The notes beneath the pieces are model-generated. The model did not search any database, was not told the origin of the DNA, and saw only the letters and a list, made by a program, of their open reading frames with translations. The position numbers and the translations under genes are program-made. DNA of 64,000 nt, taken from positions 172-64,171 of the forward strand of contig NZ_DASZBA010000191.1 in NCBI RefSeq assembly GCF_035944575.1. The letters are read 5' to 3'. The stretch's first letter is position 1. The number at the start of each line of letters is the position of its first letter. The DNA comes from Noviherbaspirillum sp. GTDB taxonomy: Bacteria; Pseudomonadota; Gammaproteobacteria; Burkholderiales; Burkholderiaceae_D. Below, one piece after another: positions 56,958 to 64,000 of the stretch.

Positions 56958-57170
56958 CCCTCCCCCTTACAGGGGGAGGGCTAGGGTAGGGGTAGTGAGG
57001 TTGATTATCTGTATGCAGTAGCTCGACCTCACTACCCCTGTGCGGGCCACCCCATCCCAACCAAAAGGATTGCGCTTACGCGCAATCCTTTCCGCAGGCG
57101 AACGGCATGCCGTTCGAAACCCCTGCTACACCCCCCTGTGAGGGGGAAGGAGCCTGTTTGCTTACAACCT
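56958..57170 (+). repeat. Composite palindromic repeat, mosaic variant (A-B-X-E'-C)
   Basis: A is 56958-56980 and B is 56992-57035. There is an extra 12-bp-stem hairpin at 57064-57091 (AAAGGATTGCGC/GCGCAATCCTTT). The E variant has the 18-nt palindrome CGAACGGCATGCCGTTCG at 57099-57116. A degenerate C and GCTTACAAC follow at 57159-57167. Confidence 0.8.
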
Positions 57171-57196
57171 TCGACAGCGCTACGTATAGCCAACCA

Positions 57197-58285
57197 CTAA
57201 TCATTCTTGATCACAATACTCGGAAACTTGCTCGACATGTCCTTCGCCTTTTCCGCTACCTTGATCGCCACCTTGCGCGCGATCTCCTTGTAGATCGCCG
57301 CCACTTTCCCATCGGGATCGGCCACCACGGTCGGCCGGCCGGAGTCGGCCTGCTCGCGGATCGCCATCGTCAGGGGCAGCGCGCCGAGAAATTCGACGCC
57401 GTACTCGCTGCACATCTTCGCGCCGCCGCCTTCGCCGAAAATCGGTTCCGCGTGACCGCAGTTCGAGCACACGTGCACGCTCATGTTTTCCACGATGCCG
57501 AGGATCGGGATACCGACCTTCTCGAACATCTTCAGGCCCTTGCGCGCATCCAGCAGCGCAATGTCCTGCGGCGTGGTGACGATCACCGCGCCGGTGACGG
57601 GCACCTTTTGCGACAGGGTCAGCTGCACGTCGCCGGTGCCCGGCGGCATGTCGACGATCAGGTAATCGAGGTCGCGCCAGTTGGTCTGTTCCAGCAATTG
57701 CTGTAATGCCTGGGTGACGATCGGGCCGCGCCAAACCATCGGCTCGTCCGGGTCGATCATGAAACCGATCGACGACACCTGCAGGCCATAATTCTCCAGC
57801 GGCTCCATCGTCTTGCCGTCGAGGGTTTCGGGCCGGCCGGAGATTCCCATCATCATCGGCTGCGACGGCCCGTAGATATCGGCATCCAGGATGCCGACTT
57901 CGGCGCCTTCGGCGGCCAGCGCCAGCGCCAGGTTGACCGCGGTGGTCGATTTGCCGACGCCGCCCTTGCCGGAGGCGACGGCGATGATGTTCTTCACGTT
58001 CGGCATCAGCTTCACGCCGCGCTGGGCGGCATGGGCGACGATCTTCGAATACACATTGGCGCTCACATTGCCGGCGCCTTCGATGCCGCGGATGGCGGCG
58101 ATGACGGCCTTGCGGATCTGGTCAATCTGGCTTTTCGCCGGATAACCAAGTTCGACGTCGAGCGTGACATCGCTGCCGTCGACCTTGATATTTCTGGCCG
58201 ACTTCGTGGTATTCAGGTCCTTGCCGGTGTTGGGGTCGATGACCCGGGAAAGCGCCGCCTTGACGGCTTCAATCGAAATGCTCAT
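57197..58285 (-). CDS. apbC: Fe-S cluster carrier ATPase Mrp/ApbC
   Basis: 362-aa ORF with the deviant Walker A ASGKGGVGKST and the CxxC motif (CSNCGH). Confidence 0.9.
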   Translation of the reverse strand: MSISIEAVKAALSRVIDPNTGKDLNTTKSARNIKVDGSDVTLDVELGYPAKSQIDQIRKAVIAAIRGIEGAGNVSANVYSKIVAHAAQRGVKLMPNVKNIIAVASGKGGVGKSTTAVNLALALAAEGAEVGILDADIYGPSQPMMMGISGRPETLDGKTMEPLENYGLQVSSIGFMIDPDEPMVWRGPIVTQALQQLLEQTNWRDLDYLIVDMPPGTGDVQLTLSQKVPVTGAVIVTTPQDIALLDARKGLKMFEKVGIPILGIVENMSVHVCSNCGHAEPIFGEGGGAKMCSEYGVEFLGALPLTMAIREQADSGRPTVVADPDGKVAAIYKEIARKVAIKVAEKAKDMSSKFPSIVIKND

Positions 58286-58388
58286 TCCATCTCCTGAATA
58301 GTTGGAGATAAGTCTAAACTAAGTTATGCCGGTTCGGCTTGCCATTTCGACGGCGCTGTCGGCATCCGGCGAACCGCCAACGCGCACT

Positions 58389-58433
58389 TGTCGTTTTGTC
58401 ATGCGCGGCGTGCCGCGAGTTCGACAGTTTTTT
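58389..58433 (+). terminator. Terminator-like stem-loop plus T6 run in the moaA leader
   Basis: TGTCG...CGCGG-CGTG-CCGCG...CGACA is followed by G and TTTTTT (58428-58433), 42 nt before the moaA ATG. No plus-strand gene lies upstream. Confidence 0.25.
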
Positions 58434-58474
58434 CGCCGGCGACTTACAATGCGTTCAAACAATCCTGCGCCGCC

Positions 58475-59590
58475 ATGACTGAAAAAGTGATTCCGCTTGC
58501 GGACCTTCGGTATCTGAATCGGGTGCCGGCCGTCCCGTCGCAACTCGAAGCACCCACCGGTTTGCTGACCGATGCCCTGGCGCGCCCGTTGCGTGACCTG
58601 CGCATTTCGGTGACCGACCGCTGCAATTTCCGTTGTGTATATTGCATGCCGAAGGAAATCTTCGACAGCGCCTATGCCTTCTTGCCGCAAAGCTCGCTGC
58701 TGTCCTTCGAGGAAATCACCCGCATCGCCAACATTGCTGTTGCGCATGGCGTCGAAAAAATCCGTTTGACCGGCGGCGAGCCGCTGCTGCGCAAGCATCT
58801 CGAAAAACTCATCGCGTCGCTGAGCGCGCTCCGCACGCCCGACGGCCGCGAACTCGATCTCACACTTACCACCAACGGTTCGCTGCTGGCGAAGAAGGCG
58901 CAGGCGTTGAAGGATGCCGGACTCAAGCGGGTAACGGTATCGCTCGACGCGCTCGACGACAAGGTGTTCAGGCGCATGAACGACGTCGATTTTTCGGTGC
59001 AGGATGTGCTGCACGGCATCGACGTCGCGCACACCGTCGGGCTCGGCCCGATCAAGGTGAACATGGTGGTCAAGCGCGGCCTGAATGATCAGGAAATCGT
59101 GCCCATGGCCCGTCACTTCAAGGGCACGCCCTTCGTGCTGCGCTTCATCGAATTCATGGATGTCGGCAGCTCCAACGGCTGGCGCATGGATGACGTCATT
59201 CCATCCGCCGACGTGGTCGCGCGCATCCATGCCGCCATGCCGCTTGAAAAGATCCCCGCCAATTGCGAAGGGGAAACGGCGGAGCGCTGGCGCTATCGCG
59301 ATGGCGGCGGCGAAGTCGGCATGATCTCCAGCGTCACCCAGGCGTTCTGCCATTCCTGCAACCGCGCCCGGCTGTCAACGGAGGGCAAGCTCTTCACCTG
59401 CCTGTTCGCCACCGGCGGCCACGATCTGCGCGCACTGCTGCGCGGCGGCCGCAGCGACGAGGAAATCTCCACCGTGCTGGCCCACCTGTGGCGCGACCGC
59501 GAAGACCGCTATTCCGAGCAGCGGACCAGCAATACCGCATCGCTGCAGGCGCCGCTGCGCAAGGTGGAAATGTCGTACATCGGCGGCTGA
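58475..59590 (+). CDS. moaA: GTP 3',8-cyclase (radical SAM Moco biosynthesis)
   Basis: Start set at the internal ATG (MTEKVIPL). The radical-SAM motif is [10 protein letters not shown] and the C-terminal cluster is [20 protein letters not shown]. Confidence 0.9.
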   Translation: MTEKVIPLADLRYLNRVPAVPSQLEAPTGLLTDALARPLRDLRISVTDRCNFRCVYCMPKEIFDSAYAFLPQSSLLSFEEITRIANIAVAHGVEKIRLTGGEPLLRKHLEKLIASLSALRTPDGRELDLTLTTNGSLLAKKAQALKDAGLKRVTVSLDALDDKVFRRMNDVDFSVQDVLHGIDVAHTVGLGPIKVNMVVKRGLNDQEIVPMARHFKGTPFVLRFIEFMDVGSSNGWRMDDVIPSADVVARIHAAMPLEKIPANCEGETAERWRYRDGGGEVGMISSVTQAFCHSCNRARLSTEGKLFTCLFATGGHDLRALLRGGRSDEEISTVLAHLWRDREDRYSEQRTSNTASLQAPLRKVEMSYIGG

Positions 59591-59617
59591 GCCGCCGCCA
59601 CCCAATCCATTTCACCG

Positions 59618-60205
59618 ATGAAACCAGACATTCACCAGATTACCGGCCTCATCCTCGCCGGCGGACGCGGTTCCCGCATGGGCAACGTCGACAAAGGCCT
59701 GCAGACATTCCGTGGCGCACCGATGGTCTTGCATGTGATCATGCGCCTGTCGCCGCAGACCGGCAGCCTGATGATCAACGCCAACCAGAACCTCGGACCG
59801 TACGAGGGCTTCGGCCTGCCGGTATGGCCCGATCAGTTGACCGGGTTCGAGGGCCCGCTGGCAGGCCTGCAGACCGGACTGACGCATTGCGATACCGAAT
59901 ACCTCGTCACCGCGCCCTGTGACTCGCCTTTCCTGCCCAAAGACCTGGTCGAGAGGCTGGCCGATGCGATCGACGGCCACGACCTCGCAGTGGCGGTCAC
60001 CGAGGAGGCCGGCAGGCGCCAGCCGCATCCGGTGTTCTGCCTGATGAAGTCATCGCTGCTGTCGAATCTCTCCTTATACCTGCAGGGCGGCGGGCGCAAG
60101 ATCGATACCTGGTACCGGTCGCTGGATTTTGTCGAAGTGCTGTTTGAAGACGAGTCCGCGTTCCGGAATATCAATACGCTGGAGGAATTGCGGCGGTTTG
60201 AATGA
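59618..60205 (+). CDS. mobA: Molybdenum cofactor guanylyltransferase
   Basis: 195-aa ORF with ILAGGRGSRMG and VTAPCDSPFLP. Confidence 0.85.
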   Translation: MKPDIHQITGLILAGGRGSRMGNVDKGLQTFRGAPMVLHVIMRLSPQTGSLMINANQNLGPYEGFGLPVWPDQLTGFEGPLAGLQTGLTHCDTEYLVTAPCDSPFLPKDLVERLADAIDGHDLAVAVTEEAGRRQPHPVFCLMKSSLLSNLSLYLQGGGRKIDTWYRSLDFVEVLFEDESAFRNINTLEELRRFE

Positions 60206-60266
60206 GGTTTGTTGGTGTAGATATAAAAAACTGATGCCTATTTAAGATTAGGCTGTTTTTGAATTT

Positions 60267-60370
60267 CACTACCCCACCCTACGCCGGGCGCCCCTAACCT
60301 TCCCCCTGAAAATGGGAGGGGACTGGCCCCTTCCCCCTTTCAGGGGGAAGGTTGGGATGGGGGTAGTGAG
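60267..60370. repeat. Two partial repeat copies arranged head-to-head
   Basis: The order is CACTACCCCACCCT, a degenerate hairpin at 60298-60321, a perfect C hairpin at 60329-60351, then GGGATGGGGGTAGTGAG. The outer arms are mutually complementary. Confidence 0.7.
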
Positions 60371-60409
60371 CATCAATACGTGACTCCCTTCATTTCATAA
60401 AAAAAGAAA

Positions 60410-61696
60410 ATGCCCCATCCCACCCTCTCCGACGTCACCAGCTGCCTCTCCGACTACGACCCGAACGCGCTTCCCGTCGCGCAGGCGCAGGCCATCATCC
60501 GCGACTTTGTCACCCCGATCCGGTCGGTCGAAAAAGTCGCGCTACGCAGCGCCCTCGGCCGCGTACTCGCGCAGGACATCGTGTCCGCCATCGACGTCCC
60601 CGCACATGACAATTCCGCGATGGACGGCTACGCAATGCGCGGCGCCGATCTCGATGGGGCGCAGCCGACCACGCTGAACATCATTGCCACCGCCTATGCC
60701 GGCGCCGGGGTCGAGACCAAAGTCGCCGCCGGCGAGTGCGTGCGCATCATGACCGGCGCGCCCATGCCCGCCGGCTGCGATACCGTAGTGCCGCAGGAAT
60801 TCACGCAAGCGGCAACCAGCACGAATGTGACGATTCCCCCCGGCGTGGTGAAGACCGGCGACAACCGCCGCCTGCGCGGCGAAGACCTTGCCGCCGGCAA
60901 GCCCGCGTTGTTGCAAGGCCGCATCCTGCGCCCGGCCGACATCGGTTTGATGGCGTCGCTCGGCATCGCCGAAGTGCCGGTGCAGAGGCGGCTGCGGGTG
61001 ACGTTCTTCTCCACCGGCGACGAGTTGCGCTCCATCGGCGAACCGCTCGACCCCGGCTGCGTCTACGACAGCAACCGCTACACGCTGTACGGCATGCTGA
61101 CCCGGCTCGGCGTCGACATCATCGACATGGGCGTGGTGCGCGACGATCCCGCCTTGCTGGAACAGGCATTCCGCTCCGCCTGCGAAAACGCCGACGCCAT
61201 CATCACGTCCGGCGGCGTATCGGTCGGTGAAGCGGACTACACCAAGCAGATCATGGCGACCCTGGGCGACGTGACGTTCTGGAAGATCGGCATGCGCCCC
61301 GGCCGTCCGATGGCGTTCGGCAAGATCGCGTCAAACGGCCGCAGCGCCTATCTATTCGGCCTGCCGGGCAACCCGGTGGCGGTGATGGTGACCTTCTATT
61401 TCTTCGCGCGCGATGCCCTGCTGCGCATGATGGGCGCGGACAACACCCCGCTGCCGCTGCTGCAGGCGGTCTCTGAAGGCCCGATCCGCAAGAAGCCGGG
61501 CCGCACCGAATACCAGCGCGGCATCCTCAGCACCGATGCAAGCGGCAGGCGACAGGTACGCATCACCGGCTCCCAGGGCTCCGGCATCCTGCGTTCGATG
61601 TCGGAAGCGAACTGCATGGTGGTGCTGCAGCACGAGCAGGGTTCGGTGAAGGCGGGCGACCTCGTCGACGTGCTGATGTTCGAGGGGCTGGTGTGA
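60410..61696 (+). CDS. moeA: Molybdopterin molybdotransferase
   Basis: 428-aa ORF with the MoeA pattern DNSAMDGYA, TGAPMPAG and GLPGNPVA. Confidence 0.9.
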   Translation: MPHPTLSDVTSCLSDYDPNALPVAQAQAIIRDFVTPIRSVEKVALRSALGRVLAQDIVSAIDVPAHDNSAMDGYAMRGADLDGAQPTTLNIIATAYAGAGVETKVAAGECVRIMTGAPMPAGCDTVVPQEFTQAATSTNVTIPPGVVKTGDNRRLRGEDLAAGKPALLQGRILRPADIGLMASLGIAEVPVQRRLRVTFFSTGDELRSIGEPLDPGCVYDSNRYTLYGMLTRLGVDIIDMGVVRDDPALLEQAFRSACENADAIITSGGVSVGEADYTKQIMATLGDVTFWKIGMRPGRPMAFGKIASNGRSAYLFGLPGNPVAVMVTFYFFARDALLRMMGADNTPLPLLQAVSEGPIRKKPGRTEYQRGILSTDASGRRQVRITGSQGSGILRSMSEANCMVVLQHEQGSVKAGDLVDVLMFEGLV

Positions 61697-61705
61697 CGAA
61701 ACGGT

Positions 61706-62830
61706 TCAAGCCAGCCGGAGCATCATGCGCGTCGGCAGCCGGGCGTTGACCAGCGGTTCATAGGCGAACTCGTCCTGCAGCAGCGTCACATCCGGATACC
61801 GCGCATACAGCGCCGCCAGCGTGTCGGCGGCAAGCCGGACCGACAGATGATGCGCCGCGCACATGTGCATGCCGGCACCGAAGCTCAAATGATCGCCGTT
61901 GTTGGCGCGGTCGGGATCGAACCGTTCCGGGTCGGCAAATCGCTCCGGGTCGCGGTTCGCCGCCGCCAGCACCAGCAGCACCGCATCGCCTTGCCCCATC
62001 CGCACGCCGCCGATCTCGGCATCTGCCGCCAGCACCCGCCGGGTATTGTGGATGGGCGGGTCGAATCGCAGGGTCTCCGTCACCAGCCGCCGGTATGCCG
62101 CCACGTCATCGCCGAATCCGCCGGGATGAAACCGGATCTGCTGCCGAAGTGCATTGCTCAGCATGCCTCGCCCCGCATCGTAGCTCTGGATCAGCAAGCC
62201 GATCAGATTCACCGCATGCAGGTCGCGGTCTTCCTTCATCGCCGCCGACAATCCGGGAAGGCCGGTCAGGTGACGCGCCACCGTCCGATACACCAATTCC
62301 GACACCGTGTTCACATCGGCGATCTGCTCCGCGGTCTTGTTCGGCGGCATGATCCTGGTCAGCGTCTCGACCTGCGGCAGAATGGCATCGATGTCCTGCT
62401 GCGGGAAGCCGAAGCTTTTCAGGATGAACAGGGCAGGAAGCTTCCTGCATACCACGTCAACCCAATCCAGCGCGTCGTGGGCATGGCCGTGCAGGAGTGA
62501 GTACAGCAACTCGGCCGCATCAACCGCACGCATGTTTTCAACCAGCTGCATCGCCGCCTGCCTGGAAGCGGCATGCACGGGCGGATTGGCGAGACGCGCC
62601 AGCTGCGTTGCCAGCAGCGCGGTAGGCGGGCTCATCGCCTCCAGCGCCACGGCGGGTTGCGGTGGAATCCGCGCCGCAGCGTGGTGCAGCAGCGCCTTGC
62701 AGGTTGCGTGGGAATACACCGCCCATATCCTGCTTCCTTCGTCGCGATGCACCGGATGCCGGGCCAGCTTGTGCGCATAGATGCTGAACGGATCAGGGAT
62801 GGCCGATTGCAGGAAAAGCGTGTCAGTCAT
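61706..62830 (-). CDS. Cytochrome P450
   Basis: Start set at the internal ATG (MTDTLFLQ). The heme-thiolate loop is FGAGMHMCAAHHL and an ETLRF (ExxR) motif is present. Confidence 0.8.
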   Translation of the reverse strand: MTDTLFLQSAIPDPFSIYAHKLARHPVHRDEGSRIWAVYSHATCKALLHHAAARIPPQPAVALEAMSPPTALLATQLARLANPPVHAASRQAAMQLVENMRAVDAAELLYSLLHGHAHDALDWVDVVCRKLPALFILKSFGFPQQDIDAILPQVETLTRIMPPNKTAEQIADVNTVSELVYRTVARHLTGLPGLSAAMKEDRDLHAVNLIGLLIQSYDAGRGMLSNALRQQIRFHPGGFGDDVAAYRRLVTETLRFDPPIHNTRRVLAADAEIGGVRMGQGDAVLLVLAAANRDPERFADPERFDPDRANNGDHLSFGAGMHMCAAHHLSVRLAADTLAALYARYPDVTLLQDEFAYEPLVNARLPTRMMLRLA

Positions 62831-62841
62831 GTCGTTTTTCT

Positions 62842-63420
62842 TCAGGTTGAACCATGGCGGCGTGATGCCGGGGGAAATTGTTGCGGCGCCTGCGCGCGGT
62901 CGAACATGCCGTAGTCCCGCAAGACGACCGCGCAGTACGGCTGCAGGCCGGCATCCGGACTTGCGGATGCCTTTATCTGCCACTCCCTTGCGGCCGGGCA
63001 GTCGGCGAACTCCAGCAAGCCGATGCGCTTGTCCGCGTTCGTCAGGCTTTCGAAGCGCTTCCCCCGCGCATCGTCCGCCATATCGGCGTAGGCGCGGATG
63101 CCTACCAGCGGCATCTGTTCACCGTCCGCCACCGCAGGCAGGATGCGGAGCACCCGCAGCCGGTGATCATCGAAGACCGATGCGCGCCCTTGCGCCTGAG
63201 CCGCGCGATGCTCGCCTTGCATGCGCCAGCGCACCAGCGCCGCTTCATCGCGCCAGAACGACAGCGACAGGATCCAGCCTGGATCGGTCAGGCTTTTGAA
63301 GCGCTCGATCGACACGAAGCCGTCCATCGAATTGAGGATCGGGCGCAATGATGCGGCCGTATCGAGATAGCGCTGATAGCCGCTTGCCGACGGCAATACT
63401 TCGAATGCAACGGCGAACAT
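62842..63420 (-). CDS. Antibiotic-biosynthesis-monooxygenase (ABM)-like domain protein
   Basis: Start set at the ATG after GGAGGGG (MFAVAFEVLP). The ferredoxin-like ABM pattern SLSFWRDEAALVRW is present. Confidence 0.55.
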   Translation of the reverse strand: MFAVAFEVLPSASGYQRYLDTAASLRPILNSMDGFVSIERFKSLTDPGWILSLSFWRDEAALVRWRMQGEHRAAQAQGRASVFDDHRLRVLRILPAVADGEQMPLVGIRAYADMADDARGKRFESLTNADKRIGLLEFADCPAAREWQIKASASPDAGLQPYCAVVLRDYGMFDRAQAPQQFPPASRRHGST

Positions 63421-63490
63421 GGTCCCCTCCGATGATGTTTTGGCCATGATACGATGGGCATCGATTGAACAGTTCACCGATGGATGAACC

Positions 63491-64000
63491 ATGGAATCCG
63501 CCCTCAACATTGCATCGGTCGCCGCATTGCTCGGTGACCCCGCCCGTGCCGCCATGCTTTGGCTGTTAATCGACGGCCGCGCGAGGCCTGCGGGCGAGCT
63601 GGCCTTCGCCGCCAATGTCTCGGCGCAATCAGCCAGCGGCCATCTGTCGAAACTGGTCGAGGCGCACCTGCTGCAAGTCGAAACGCAGGGCCGCCATCGC
63701 TACTACCGGCTGGCCGATCACACCGTCGCGGTCGCGCTGGAATCGCTCGCAGCCATCAGCCCGCGGCCAGCCGCCCGCGCACTGCCGGCATCCAAAGGCA
63801 CGCCGCCGGCGATGCGTTTCGCCCGCACCTGCTACGACCATCTCGCCGGCGAACTCGCGGTGGCCTTGCTGGACCGGTTTGAAAAGCAGGGCCTGCTGCG
63901 CTGTGAGGGCAAGCAATGGGAATTGTCGGCTGAAGGGGAGAGCGCTTTCCGCAGGTTCGGCATCGACATCGAATCGGCGCGGCGCGCGCAGCGCCGGTTC
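63491..64000 (+). CDS. ArsR/SmtB-family transcriptional regulator (3' end outside window)
   Basis: This frame is open from ATG 63491 to the window end and is absent from the ORF track because it has no stop. LGDPARAAMLWLLIDGRARPAGELAFAANVSAQSASGHLSKLVEAHLL is a classic ArsR wHTH. Confidence 0.75.
   Translation, partial: MESALNIASVAALLGDPARAAMLWLLIDGRARPAGELAFAANVSAQSASGHLSKLVEAHLLQVETQGRHRYYRLADHTVAVALESLAAISPRPAARALPASKGTPPAMRFARTCYDHLAGELAVALLDRFEKQGLLRCEGKQWELSAEGESAFRRFGIDIESARRAQRRF

Overview
This is a high-GC (about 60% by eye) proteobacterial chromosomal segment. The gene families and repeat style suggest Burkholderiales/Oxalobacteraceae, but that is a guess, not a search result. I support about 70 protein-coding genes and found no rRNA, intact tRNA or CRISPR array.

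Gene content, left to right:
- Leucine/isovalerate catabolism (liuD-liuE).
- A co-directional run of an ABC-type ATPase, a UDG-family gene, ybaK and a DUF1289 gene, then assorted small enzymes.
- A 3.5-kb low-GC islet at 10.9-14.45 kb.
- An HpaB/AbfD-family gene with a divergent TetR regulator.
- Fatty-acyl-CoA genes: SDR dienoyl-CoA reductase-like, crotonase and NMO.
- An orphan cyclic-peptide-type ABC exporter.
- A methyl-accepting chemotaxis gene broken by one in-frame TAG.
- A Liv-type ABC uptake operon bracketed by two CoA ligases.
- crp/fnr, mgtC and a pfpI-like gene.
- A tungstate transporter (tupBCA).
- A Cys-type periplasmic formate dehydrogenase operon with several small accessory ORFs, and a DUF3305/DUF3306/polyferredoxin/TorD-like cluster.
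- apbC, moaA-mobA-moeA, a P450, and a partial arsR at the window end.

The best lead is the low-GC islet. It holds a decayed serine-recombinase gene (an in-frame stop plus frameshifts, reconstructed by hand) and two large convergent orphan ORFs. One of these has an N-terminal HEPN-like region with two Rx4H motifs. I read this as a candidate uncharacterised defence or abortive-infection locus.

The second lead is a very dense, modular family of palindromic intergenic repeats. I count 17 CCYTCCCCC/GGGGGARGG hairpins plus longer modules. Three copies are wedged between cistrons of a single ABC operon.

All family calls come from reading motifs by eye. No database search, fold prediction or statistics was run.
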